DNA of 64,000 nt from Octopus bimaculoides (GCF_001194135.2 NC_068984.1:147427717-147491716), one strand, 5' to 3'; positions 51,496 to 64,000 are shown, counted from the stretch's first letter. The notes: generated by a model not told the origin, from the letters alone. Made by a program: numbers and translations.

Positions 51496-52073
51496 AGAAC
51501 CTTTGATTCTTTCATCATATATATATATATATGATGCTAGTGTGCTACAATATGTGTGTGTGTATGTATATATATATATATATATATATATAGTTCTATC
51601 TGCATCATTACTACTACCACTACCACTACCCCTAACACCCACTTCGACAACAAACAAACACTAAATATCAAATCCCGCTGATAAAATAAACAAAGATTGG
51701 AGGAGATATGTTTAATTTAAAAACTCTTACAACACAACAACAACAATAACCACAACAGCACCATGACATCGCAGAAGGGCAGCCATTTTTTTTTTAATCA
51801 CCGTCTCACGCACGCATGCTCCGACGTTTCTCTTCTCCCACATTTTTTAAACACCTGATTACTGAGATAAAAATTTTAATTTTAGCAAGATGTTATTTTT
51901 TTTTCTGACGGTATGGCTTCTAATGAGGGAATCTTGTAAAGTTTAAAAAAACACTAAAGTAAGCAGACACAAAAGATATCGGGTAGGCGGTGTAAAGATG
52001 AAAAAAAAAGCGGCAAGAAGTGTTATCAGAAGGTGGTGTATGTGCGTGTGCATGGTTGTATGTACGTGTATGC

Positions 52074-52108
<35 letters not shown>

Positions 52109-52284
52109 AGTGTGAGGATGGATGACTGCATGGATAGCGAGAAAGAAATGGCTGAATAGTAAGATACATAAATAAATAGATTTTTAAAAGCATAAGATTG
52201 ATACTTTTTAATCTGCTCCGTTTGTCATCTTTATAGCCGTGTGTACATCCGCTGACACGCAGACACACACGACGACACAGGTAT

Positions 52285-53125
52285 ACAGGCGCAGGTGTGG
52301 CTGTGTGGTAAGAAGCTTGCTTCCCAACCACACGGTTCCAAGTTCAGTCCCACTGCGTGGCACAAGGCCCGAAATCTTTGGGAGGGGTCCAGTTGATTAG
52401 ATCGACTCCAGTACGCAACTGGTACTTAATTTATCGACCCCGAAAGGATGAAAAGCAAAGTTGACCTCGGCAGGATTTGAACTCAGAACGTAAAGACAGA
52501 CGAAATACCGCTAAGCATTTCGCCCGGCGTGCTAGCGTTTCTGCCAGCTCACACCTTTTGAGGTTGTATAATGAACGCGTTTGAGACACTGAAGAACTCT
52601 CCGATCAAGCGTTCATCAACATATTGAAGCAGGAAGAAGACAAACGAGCAGAGAGAGCTGCTGACTTGAGTAAAATTTGGTGTAAAGTGAATGAAAATAA
52701 TTTTTTCTATTATAGGCACAAGGCCTGAAATTTTGTGGCGAAGAGGTTATCGATTACATCGACCCCACTGCTCACTGGTACTTGTTTTATCGATCCACAA
52801 GGACGAAAAGCAAGGTCGACCTCAGTGACATTTGAACTAAAAAACGTAAAGCCGCTAAGCATTTCGTCCGAGACAGCAAGGACTCTGCCAGCTTGCCCCT
52901 TTAATAATTCTTTCTGCTATGGACACAAAGATCTGAAATTTGGGGGGAAGGAAATAGTCGATTACATTGACTCCAGTGCTCTACTGGTACTTATTTCATC
53001 GACCCCGAAAGGATGACAGGCAAAGTTAGCTTCGGTGCATTCTGAACTCAGAATGTAGACACGAAATGCCGCCAAGCATTTTTCCCAGCGTGCTAACAAT
53101 TCTGCTAAGCTCGCCGCCTTTCGCC
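52285..53125. mobile_element. SINE B head (+) fused to three tandem family A SINEs (-)
   Basis: B head ends GTGGCAC and continues as the A tail GGCACAAGGCCCGAAAT. Confidence 0.85.
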
Positions 53126-53369
53126 AACTTAATGGTCAGTAAAGATATTGATCCTGTTGGCAGGAAGATGTGGATTCCACCTTGGAAGAGTTTTTGCTCC
53201 TAAAGTATTTGAATGCATATTTTCTTAATGTTTCGTGTCGTACTTGGTAGTTTATTTCAGCGCGTTTATTGCTCATGCAAACCTCCAAATAGACCGGTAA
53301 ATCACTTTGTATAAAATGTATATTTTTCTATGAGGTCACGTGGTTAATAAAGAAGCCATCGTTATTACA

Positions 53370-53422
<53 letters not shown>

Positions 53423-53837
53423 ATAATTTAGTCAATTGATTTGTTTGTAGGTTTGGAATGCTTTCATGTAGTGTTAATTCTTCCATTGATGACTAGAACA
53501 GATAGACAGACAGACAGACAAGTAGGCAGATAGGCAGGAAGGCAGGCAGATGTATAGACAGATGGACAGACAGACAAGCGGGCAGACTGGCAGGAAGGCA
53601 GGTAGACAGACAGACAGGTAGGCAGGCAGGCAGGTAAGCAAGTGGGCAGATGGACAGGAATGGAAAGAAAGAAAGAAGAAGGGTGGGTGAAGAGTGCGTG
53701 CATAACGTCTGTTGAAAATGTCAACAATTTACATCTGATAAAATGTTTATATCTACGCATGCACACACGTATACACACATGTTAACAGACACACAAACAC
53801 ACACACGTATGTATGTCTGTGTGAATTATCTACACGC

Positions 53838-54105
53838 GCGGGTGTAGCTATGTGGTAAGGAGTTTGCTTCCCAATCACATAGTTCCAGGTTCAATCCCAC
53901 TGCGTGGCACCTTGCGCAATTATAGCCTCGGTTGCTCCAGTCCACTCAGCTGGCAAAAATGAGCTGTATCTGAATCTCCCTTAGAACTACGTTAAGGGCG
54001 CACATGCCTGTGGAGGACTCAGCCAGTTGCACATTAATTTCGCAAGCCAGCTTTTCATCGAATCATCTGGAACAGTCATCACCGTAACCGACGGAAAGCC
54101 AGATG
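53838..54105 (+). mobile_element. Chimeric SINE: B-type head, CORE-like segment, C-type 3' domain
   Basis: GTGGTAAGGAGTTTGCTTCCC..CTCCAGTCCACTCAGCTGGCAAAAATGAG..GAACTACGTTAAGGG..CTCAGCCAGTTGCAC. Confidence 0.7.
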
Positions 54106-54134
54106 TTTGTTTGTGTGTGTGTATGTGTGTGTTG

Positions 54135-54500
54135 TGGAGGCGCAATGGCCCTGTGGTTAGGGCAGCGGACTCGCGGTTTCGATTCCCAGACCGGGCGTTG
54201 TGAGTGTTTATTGAGCGAAAACACCTAAAGCTCCACGAGGCTCCGGCAGGGGATGGTGGCGAACCCTGCTGTACTCTTTCACCACAACTTTCTCTCACTC
54301 TTACTTCCTGTTTCTGGTGTGCCTGTAATTCAAAGGGTCAGCCTTGTCACACTGTGTCACGCTGAATATCCCCAAGAACTACGTTAAGGGTACACGTGTC
54401 TGTGGAGTGCTCAGCCACTTGCACATTCATTTCACGAGCAGGCTGTTCCGTTGATCGGATCAACTGGAACCCTCGACGTCGTAAGTGACGGAGTGCCAAC
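54135..54500 (+). mobile_element. SINE family C, full length
   Basis: GGAGGCGCAATGGCCCTGTGGTTAGGG head; near-identical to 14641-15004. Confidence 0.9.
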
Positions 54501-55852
54501 TCACATACATGTGTGTGTATTTCTGTATGTATGTATGTATGCATGTATGTACGTGTGCACGTATATTGTTCTGTAATCGCCGCCACCGCACTCATGGCCG
54601 TAGTAGTTCCCTTCTCTTATTGGTGCTTTTAAAGCAACATGCCCCTGGAATGTTCAAGGTCGGCACACGACTGCAATATCAGACGGTTTGGGAAGAAGTG
54701 AACGATCGGTGATAACATGCCGACAACATTCGGCTTTCAGATATCCGCTTCAGCATCCAAGTAGTGGGGGGGGAGGGGAAAGGCAGATGCTTGTTTCGAG
54801 AAGTTTAGGCACACGTGATCGTGATAAGCGGGGCGCGTGTTCGCCAGCACGTCCCCTTAGGCGTGTGGATGACGACGTGCGCGTACCTGCGTACTATGAC
54901 TATGCAGATGTATGTAATACACAAATGTGTCTGCGTATGTAGGAGTGTACGTGTAATTGTGGCTTTTATTATAGTTTTAGACACCACCACCACCACCATC
55001 ACTATCTTCTCGGCGCAAAGTGAGATAGATGCACTTTTGGGTAAAAATATCAGCAACAATGGGGGGAGGGAATCTATGGATTCATGTATGAATGTCAAGG
55101 GAAATCTGATAAGATCTTTACATACCCTAATTCTAATCTATATTGTCAGATTAGTCATTTCGTTTCCTTCCACTATTATTTCAGTTAACAGGACAACGAT
55201 TACCCTAGTGCTTTATGGGGAGTTTTGCAGCTCTGTTCTTCCTCTACAACTTTCGTTTATCGTTTTTGAAATTTCAATAAATTTTACCTTTTTCAGACAT
55301 GTGAAGATGGAGTGCCAAATAGAAAAAAAAAATTCACATTTTCTACACCCGTTTGTTTTCTCTTTCAGTCAACGTTGCAAAGACACCAAAACCGCTCGAA
55401 ACATTTGCGCTGTGTAAAGAGGTGTGGTTTCCACGCATCACGGAGGGGAAATTCCACCTCACAGTCTCTCCACATTTCCGCCGACCAATTCAGTTCAATG
55501 AAGAATAATTGAACGAGCTCATCCACGAGGTCTGCGTTAATCCTCCGAGGAATTTGCCCAGCAGATTAGATGCTCTCGTGATACCCGTCACCCGTCACCT
55601 TCACTTGAAAGGTAAAGTCCAAAGTTCTTCAGCTGCTTCTTTAACACGAGTCGTTAATTTTACCAAAAAGTTCTATTCCACCGTATTCTCTTCTATAACG
55701 TTTTCAAATTACTATGTTTATCGGTCACTCTCTCCAACAGTCTGCAAATATGTATATATGCATCAAATGATATATATATATATGATTTGCCATGATAGAT
55801 CGCTAGCCACTACACATTCTTTATTTTCTCTCCTTGTTTCTTTCTGTATTCC

Positions 55853-55886
55853 TTTCTGAGGAAGAGCGTACGCTCGAAACGTTAAA
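55853..55886 (+). ncRNA. Ultra-minimal hammerhead-like motif in a PLE-type terminal repeat
   Basis: TTT-CTGAGGA-A-GAGCG TA CGCTC-GAAAC-GTT-AAA; perfect 5-bp stem II, palindromic AACGTT, only 3-bp stem I. Confidence 0.55.
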
Positions 55887-55949
55887 AACTTTTTCAATTC
55901 CTGAGCGTTAAACTAATACATCTTCGTCTTTTTTTGTGAATTCTTTCCC

Positions 55950-55980
<31 letters not shown>

Positions 55981-56397
55981 CGTATATAGATATATACATG
56001 TTTGTTTGTGTGTGTGTATGTATGTATGTATGTATGTATNNNNNNNNNNNNNNNNNNNNNNNNNNNNNNNNNNNNNNNNNNNNNNNNNNNNNNNNNNNNN
56101 NNNNNNNNNNNNNNNNNNNNNNNNNNNNNNNNNNNNNNNNNNNNNNNNNNNNNNNNNNNNNNNNNNNNNNNNNNNNNNNNNNNNNNNNNNNNNNNNNNNN
56201 NNNNNNNNNNNNNNNNNNNNNNNNNNNNNNNNNNNNNNNNNNNNNNNNNNNNNNNNNNNNNNNNNNNNNNNNNNNNNNNNNNNNNNNNNNNNNNNNNNNN
56301 NNNNNNNNNNNNNNNNNNNNNNNNNNNNNNNNNNNNNNNNNNNNNNNNNNNNNNNNNNNNNNNNNNNNNNNNNNNNNNNNNNNNNNNNNNNNNNNNN

Positions 56398-56587
56398 GCC
56401 AACATAATGTTGCAGTCCTGATTAGGACAAATATTACTGTTATTTAGACCCAGGAAACATCGTCTCCAGCTGGCTATAGACGCACTATCTGCGTCCTTAT
56501 ATTTTCGAACAAGGGGGTTTACTGTCCCCACTCAGCTTTGGTACACAGTAATATTCGTCCCAGTCAGGACTGCCACATTATATTGGC
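56398..56587. repeat. 43-bp inverted repeat element
   Basis: 56398-56440 vs reverse complement of 56545-56587, 38/43 identical. Confidence 0.8.
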
Positions 56588-56641
56588 AGATAATCTTTAC
56601 TCACTGTTACTGAAAGTTTCTCGTTCAGAGATTTAGAAAAA

Positions 56642-56678
<37 letters not shown>

Positions 56679-57081
56679 CGTATATAGATATATACATGTT
56701 TGTTTGTGTGTGTGTATGTATGTATGTATGTATGTATGTATATGCGTATATGTATTCTATTTTCGGTATAATGGAAATAATACTAGCACCTTTGTTTGTG
56801 TTGTATTTGTTTTTTCTTTTGTTTTCTTTTTCGTTTGTGTTTGTTGTTATATCGCATCGAGTGAGCAGGATTTCGGTGGTGAATAAATAAAATGCAACGA
56901 AAACATTTTGCGCCATTGGAGGAGAAAACTTCGGCAAAGACTTCACAACAAGATAAGGCAAACGCCAGCTGGAACACTTCTCCGTTGGCGCCATATCTTC
57001 GCAGACGCATTTAAAAGTGTGAAACAAGTCAGTCACATTGGCAGAACCACGAAATAGAAAATATAATTCTGTATAGTCTAT

Positions 57082-57235
57082 AGGTGCAAGCAAGGTTGTG
57101 TGGTTAAGAAGCTCGCTTTGCAACAAAGTCGTTTCGAGTTCAGTCCCACTATGCGGCTCTTTGGGAAGATATCTTCTACGATAGCCCCGAATCGACCAAT
57201 CCCTTATGAAAGAATTTAGTAGACGGAAACTTTGC
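57082..57235 (+). mobile_element. SINE family B head
   Basis: GTGTGGTTAAGAAGCTCGCTTTGCAAC..CGAGTTCAGTCCCACT. Confidence 0.8.
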
Positions 57236-57247
57236 AGAACTTATATA

Positions 57248-57316
<69 letters not shown>

Positions 57317-58099
57317 NNNNNNNNNNNNNNNNNNNNNNNNNNNNNNNNNNNNNNNNNNNNNNNNNNNNNNNNNNNNNNNNNNNNNNNNNNNNNNNNNNNN
57401 NNNNNNNNNNNNNNNNNNNNNNNNNNNNNNNNNNNNNNNNNNNNNNNNNNNNNNNNNNNNNNNNNNNNNNNNNNNNNNNNNNNNNNNNNNNNNNNNNNNN
57501 NNNNNNNNNNNNNNNNNNNNNNNNNNNNNNNNNNNNNNNNNNNNNNNNNNNNNNNNNNNNNNNNNNNNNNNNNNNNNNNNNNNNNNNNNNNNNNNNNNNN
57601 NNNNNNNNNNNNNNNNNNNNNNNNNNNNNNNNNNNNNNNNNNNNNNNNNNNNNNNNNNNNNNNNNNNNNNNNNNNNNNNNNNNNNNNNNNNNNNNNNNNN
57701 NNNNNNNNNNNNNNNNNNNNNNNNNNNNNNNNNNNNNNNNNNNNNNNNNNNNNNNNNNNNNNNNNNNNNNNNNNNNNNNNNNNNNNNNNNNNNNNNNNNN
57801 NNNNNNNNNNNNNNNNNNNNNNNNNNNNNNNNNNNNNNNNNNNNNNNNNNNNNNNNNNNNNNNNNNNNNNNNNNNNNNNNNNNNNNNNNNNNNNNNNNNN
57901 NNNNNNNNNNNNNNNNNNNNNNNNNNNNATGTCACATACTTAATGTATTTGTGTTGTTAAGCGCTTTTTACTTGTGGTATTTCGTCCAGAGAAAGTCCCT
58001 TTAAGGTATAGTTTCTTAAAAAGAAAAACATTGTATACCTCAAAACCAGATGAAAGAAATCGCTCTGTAAGTAATCGAAAACGGAAGACATCTATATTT

Positions 58100-59070
58100 C
58101 GCTGTTATTTCAGCTCATCGATGCAATGGTCTCCAAGGAAAACCAAATGTATTTCCATAAAATTTTGTGCACATGTTCAGCTTCAATGACTGCTTCAATT
58201 GTTGTCATGGCCTGTACGAAATGGTCCTTATTTATTTCGGACATCGAACGGGTACTGGGAGCCCTCGGTAAACTTATGATATTTTGTGACGATGTCGATT
58301 CGTCTGTCTTTCAACAAAGCTTCAAACGTTCAAAAATTCAGGAGATTTAAATCTGGTGGATTTTACATTGATTGAGGTTATGTGGCTTTTGTGAGAATGT
58401 AATCAGTCTAACTGAAACGTGCTTAACCTTCCACTGGATGCTTCATTCCTTCACGGCTTATCAACTGTCTCCTGATCTGCATTTAATCATCTGTCATTTC
58501 CCCCGTTAGACTTTCGGTCTTGGTCGAAGTTTTTCTTATCAGGCAAAAATGAAAACATGAACCACCTGGCACGCATTAACCAGTTTTCTTGTGTCTTTGT
58601 AGATATGAATTGACCTGTCTTCAGTACATAAGATTTATATCGAATGTTTTCGTACACCGCTGTTCTGATAGTCCACTAAGACCTGAAGTTTCTTGGCGAT
58701 GGCTCTCATTGATTTTCTAGGAACATCATTGGTGACCCGTTGGATAAAGTGCGGTGTCCTTTATAGTCTGCGAACACTTAGCCTCTGTTTCTTGGAGAAA
58801 GAAATATTCTATCATAGTAACAACAGAAAAGACATCAGGAGACAGACTGTCTTTGATCTGCAAGTTAGAGCGTCTGTCAGTGATTCAATGCCAATTAGTC
58901 GAGTGACCTTTCTCGGGACAGTGTCCAAGATGTCGGTATAGCAGCAGCACTGTCCAAATCGTGGAAGCAATGCACAGGTATAGGCTTCATTTGAGCTTTG
59001 GACAATTTCATCAACCATTGGGAAAATATTTTCTGACCATGAGAAGGCCTAATCCTGAGATACAATTATA
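58100..59070 (-). mobile_element. maT-like (DD37D) IS630-Tc1-mariner transposase relic
   Basis: PRKSMRAIAKKLQV..TIRTAVYENIRYKSYV..GQFIS..DKKNFDQDRKSN..VERQTNRH..IEAVIEA across frameshifts. Confidence 0.75.
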
Positions 59071-59454
59071 ACATAGACTCAATTTGGTGAGAGAAGCTTT
59101 AACTTTTCTCTACTGCCTTCGACATCTGGATTCTTACATTCGTAAATCATCATCATCATCAGCAGCAGCATCATGCCCTGAACATTATTGCCTCCAGTCT
59201 TCGGACTCATAGAACCGGTTCCATTGCTTCCACGACGTAAAAGTAACCGAGACCACAACATTCTTCCGGTGTGAACTCGTGTGTTGGGACATATTTTGTT
59301 GTATCACGTGAGAGACATTCTGTCAATCATGGCAGACATGATGCAGAGTTGGAGTAGAGAGAGGGTGGGGCAGGTCATTGATGATGTCATGAATGGTGAC
59401 GGAAGGACTTTGACAAACTAATTGATTGATTGGCTGAACTATGAATAAAGCAAT

Positions 59455-60171
59455 TGACTGATGAAACAACCTTGGCCTTCTTTGGAGAATGTGAGGGAGG
59501 GGGTATTTCCGCTATATGGATTGTCTCTTCGTCCCTGGGTCAAAGTGATGAACCCAACACTTACCCTGGCTTTAAAAGATGTTCAAGGAAACCTGCTGAA
59601 CCTGCCTCAGACAATGTCAGATTTCTCCGTGATGTGATCGACCTAATGTACTTTCGATAAGGTGTCAGAAGACGTGAAACCCTCAGAACAGTTCATTGGG
59701 CAGAATATTCTCAAATCTCTCACGGGGACATGCTAATAGTATTGTCTATTTGGTTTATAGTCAATTGCCTGTCATCCGCCACCGTGTGGAGAAAACAATG
59801 TTTTCCTCGGCAATGGCACTTACAGGACGTCCAGACCTTGGGTTGTCTTCAAGAATCTCCCTGCCCCACCTAAATTCAACTGATCACTTTTGCGATGTTG
59901 ATAAAGCTGCAGCATCATTCACTAATGTAACACGCATATCAGCATGAATGCTCTTGGAGCTTTTTCTACAGATACATGATAACACCGCGGTGCCAAATTT
60001 TGCCCATCTTCAATACTTGAAGTCATCTTTGAACGGTCAGATGTCAGTATACCTGGGGAAAAAAAACAATGCTGTTATTAATAAGAACGGTTGAAGTTCA
60101 TGTATGCAAGATTTCACAGCTCTGACATCACTCTTTCATAATGTGACTATGAACTTTTCAGGCCACCCTCG
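59455..60171 (-). mobile_element. Mariner 5' half with TIR, same family as 35941-36500
   Basis: TIR CGAGGGTGGCCTGAAAAGTTCATAGTC next to TA; GREILEDNPRSGRP..ENLTL..GFLE..WVHHF. Confidence 0.85.
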
Positions 60172-60214
60172 TACAGGTGTTATATATATATATATATATA
60201 TATATAGGAGGTGC

Positions 60215-60580
60215 TATAGGCGCAACCACATGGTTCCGGGTTCAGTCCCACTGCATGGCACCTTGGGCAAGTGTCTTCTACTATAGCCTGGGGCCGACCA
60301 AAGCTTTGTGAATGAATTTGGTAGACGGAAACTGAAATAAGCCCGTCGTATATATGTGCGTGTGTGTCTTTACGTCTGTGTGTGTTACCCCACCACCGCT
60401 GGAAATCGGTGTTTGTGTGTTCACGTCCCCGTAACATAACGGTTCAGTTAAGAAACCGATATAATAAGTATCAGGCTTTAATAAATATACTGGAGTCGAT
60501 TTGTTCGAGTAATATTCTTCGAGGCGGAGCTCCAGTAGGGCCACAGTCTAATGACTGAAACAAGCAAAAGATAAAAGATA
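60215..60580 (+). mobile_element. SINE family B, near full length
   Basis: CAACCACATGGTTCCGGGTTCAGTCCCACTGCATGGCACCTTGGGCAAGTGTCTTCTACTATAGCC. Confidence 0.9.
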
Positions 60581-60679
60581 TATATATATATGTATGTATG
60601 TATGTATATATATGTGTGTATGCATGCATGCATACATACATACATACATACATACATACATACATACATACATACAAAA

Positions 60680-61640
60680 ATACCCTGTTTGTGTTGTTTA
60701 AATTCCAATGAAGTAGCCTTGTATTTAGGTTAGAAACTGGCTCTTTCTCTATTGGCAAGAAATCTTGAAATAACACTGTACAAAGATTACACACACACAC
60801 ACACACACACACACATGCATTCAAAGACGCAGGAAAAGCAGCAAAATGTGACAACCGATGCAGATTTTGGGGAGTTAACACCAAAGACATCGCCTACATC
60901 ATAAGAAGCTGTCCGAAAATGTCATCACAGTGTTATCTACCGATGTTGTAGCTAGGACACTGTATAATGAGATTCGTCGGAAGAATAACTTCGAAGCCAA
61001 AGAAATAAGAACCCACATAACTTGTAATAACGAGTACGGATGGAACGCGCTCGCGAAAACATCAATAAAAGATAAACAAAATAGACCTGACATAAAGATT
61101 TTGGATGGAGACAATGAACAGTGTTCAGTCGTGGAAATCAGCGGATGTTAATAAAGATAAAGATCAGCGGGAAAAAAATACCTACGCCAAGCTATGGAGA
61201 AATCTATAGTTACTCTAACCAGATTACAAGTTCAGGTTTATACCTGTAATTATTGGTGCACTGAGGTATATAACAAACCGCCTAAATACCAATCTTGAGA
61301 AATTAGGCTTCTCAAAACCAGAAAGGGAAAAGCTGATTCGAAGACTACCGATCCAAGCCATCACCGGAAGTGTAAGTATTTGTAAAACTTTCCAGAAGTT
61401 CATCATTTAAGTATATCTAAGCATGTCTCGATATGCATGAAAGTACATACATAAAACAAAAGATACAAATCTACATACATACATACATACATACACACAC
61501 ACGCACACATAGACACACACACACACACACACACATACATACACTGTTGATGTAGTTGAAATTCCAATGAAGGAGCCTTGAATCTAGGTTAGAAACCGGC
61601 TCTTTCTCTATTAACAAGAAATCTTGAAATAAAACTAAGT
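60680..61640 (+). mobile_element. R4/Dong-type LINE: tail (60680-60790), (CA)n, then 3' fragment with CCHC, RLE and tail (60815-61640)
   Basis: CRFWGVNTKDIAYIIRSCPKM..VVARTLYNEIR..QNRPDI..VVEIS..YKFRFIPVIIGAL..GSVSICKTFQKFII*. Confidence 0.88.
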
Positions 61641-61663
61641 AACGACATAAATGTAAAATACAC

Positions 61664-61703
<40 letters not shown>

Positions 61704-62144
61704 CACACGCACACACACACATTTACAAATGTATACACAGGTAACCACGAGTTTAAAATGGTGTATTGCAGACAAATGTATGTATGTATGTGTATTATGT
61801 GTGTGTATCTATGTGTCTGTGTGTGAGTGTTTCTCCCCTCTCTCTTTAAAGTTACGTATTCTTCACGCCCACCTTTCTCTTTCTCTTCCTCGGCGTTTTA
61901 AAAGTCACTTATTTGTGTGCGCGCGCGCATGTGCATGTATGTATCCATGTATTCACGAAAGTATGTATGCAATGTCACGCGTATATGACAGCTGTATTAA
62001 CTTTACATCCCATTGCCATTCCATGTTTGTCGCTTACACAACACTGTTTTTCCCTGCCCTGATATCAGTCACACTCACTTCTGCTACTACATTTCCCTCA
62101 GTTCAATACTCTTTGCACCCTTCTCATTTTATCATATAATTCGC

Positions 62145-62330
62145 CCAACCCCGCCTAAGGGGCCCATTATCGATTTTTGTTGAAATCCAATTAGCTTATT
62201 ATTGAACTGGATATTAGCTTAACATGTATGCAAAAGTTTCATGAAGATTGGTTCGCTGGTTTAGGCAGTAAGATGGTAACAGATATAAAGAGATGGAGCA
62301 GTGAAAAATAAGATTTTCAGATAAAGAAAG
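62145..62330 (+). mobile_element. Possible non-autonomous Helitron-like element
   Basis: GCAAAAGTTTCATGAAGATTGGTTC..GTAACAGA resembles the 3' part of invertebrate non-autonomous Helitrons (from recall). Confidence 0.35.
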
Positions 62331-62438
62331 AAAGTCAAAACAATAAAATAAAAGCAAACAAAAAAGTAACAGAGAAAAAAACAAAAGAAAGGAAACTAAA
62401 ATATGGAAGAAATATTTGAGAATAGCAAAACATTCTGG

Positions 62439-62471
<33 letters not shown>

Positions 62472-62922
62472 GCACATACGAAGAGCATTCACACGCATGT
62501 GGGTGTGTTTATGCACACATACATACATACAGACAGACAGGCAGACAGACATAGACACATATGAGAAAGAAAGGAGAGATTTTAGACGTTTCAAAATTTG
62601 ATATGAACGCGGGTTGGGAAGCGAAGCGAACGGGTGATGGCGTGTGACTGAACGATGACGAATGGTTGGTGAAGAAGAGGAGGAGGAGGAGGTAGGCTTT
62701 TTCTGGTTTTATTGCTGAAAAAACATACACTTGAATGCTGACACCTATTTTATGCATTTATTTGCAGGTGCATGCGTTTATCTAAGAATGCTCCATGTTT
62801 GCTAACATTATAATGAATATCTGGGTTAATTGACATATAGAGTTTTTACATAATATACCTGACTATCTTTATATACATAAACTGTATATGTGTGTGTGTG
62901 TGTGTGCGTGTGTGTGCGTGTG

Positions 62923-62968
<46 letters not shown>

Positions 62969-63122
62969 NNNNNNNNNNNNNNNNNNNNNNNNNNNNNNNN
63001 NNNNNNNNNNNNNNNNNNNNNNNNNNNNNNNNNNNNNNNNNNNNNNNNNNNNNNNNNNNNNNNNNNNNNNNNNNNNNNNNNNNNNNNNNNNNNNNNNNNN
63101 NNNNNNNNNNNNNNNNNNNNNN

Positions 63123-63208
<86 letters not shown>

Positions 63209-63510
63209 CAGATGTATGTATAGGATATTGTAATACATGTATGTGTAGAGGGGAGTGTACATAGGTGTGTATATGTATGATTCTACGGAGTCGGGATTAG
63301 CTGCTTATAGAACAAACAGACATCTCTGCTTTTCAAACAGAGTTGCATATTTCCATACGTTGTATATGTTTTTGATAAATTGTTGATAATGTGCTTAAGG
63401 CACTCGAAATATTAGATACAGCATAGCCTTGGAAGACTTGTTTTTCATCTCAGCGCTAGTATAAATAAGAAAAAAAACATTAGTGTTTTAAAGACAAAAA
63501 AAAAAATTCT

Positions 63511-63660
63511 AAGGCGCAGTAATATCTATGTGGTTTAGAAGCTCGCTTTGCAACAACGTGGTTACGGGTTCAGTCCCACTGCTCAGCACCTTGAACAAGT
63601 GTCTTGTATTATAACCCCAATGCCTGGAGTGAATTTGGTAGATGGAAACTGTGTGGAGAA
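63511..63660 (+). mobile_element. SINE family B head
   Basis: AGGCGCAG..GTGGTTTAGAAGCTCGCTTTGCAAC..GGGTTCAGTCCCACTG. Confidence 0.8.
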
Positions 63661-63684
63661 TGTGTATATATATATATATATATC

Positions 63685-63719
<35 letters not shown>

Positions 63720-63960
63720 GTATGTATATACAAACTAAATCGAACGCATACACAAGATGTGTGTTGCTATTTATACACACACACACACACACACACTATT
63801 TTGCAGAACGGAAGATGTAACTTGTGTCTTTTTGGGTTATCCACGATGTTAGTTGAGAAATATGCCGGCGTATATACATGCATACACATACATATATATT
63901 GTTCTATATATATATTGTTATATTTCGTGATGGTCATTTTTTTACCAAACATATATTTAA

Positions 63961-64000
<40 letters not shown>

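Noticed and set aside
56880-57010. GENFGKDFTT resembling a C2H2 zinc-finger linker
   Set aside because: No Cys/His spacing and interrupted by stops
59565-59660. Strong minus-strand donor CCAGG|GTAAGT
   Set aside because: Lies inside the mariner transposase relic
63390-63425. TTGATAATGTGCTTAAGGCACTCGAAATATT hammerhead-like string
   Set aside because: Several core substitutions; not supportable

Overview
AT-rich eukaryotic DNA saturated with (AT)n, (GT)n, (TACA)n and (GA)n microsatellites, plus 13 N-gaps. The SINE and transposon content resembles Octopus; that species call is inference, not a database match. Most of the window is transposon debris: at least four tRNA-derived SINE families, CR1-like, RTE, L1/Tx1 and R4/Dong-type (RLE) LINE fragments, Tc1, mariner and maT transposase relics, MITE-like inverted repeats and Penelope-like (PLE) remnants. 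No TE ORF is intact, and nearly all ORF-track entries are microsatellite or gap artefacts. Two signals stand out. (1) Four dispersed minimal type-I hammerhead ribozyme motifs (19501-19558 -, 23671-23766 -, 39322-39410 +, 55853-55886 +). Each has CUGANGA, GAAAC and GUH, and a palindromic or near-palindromic stem III of the PLE dimeric type. (2) A probable terminal exon of an unrecognised single-pass membrane protein (12552-12877 -), with weaker frame-compatible upstream exon candidates. TE boundaries are approximate, read by eye.
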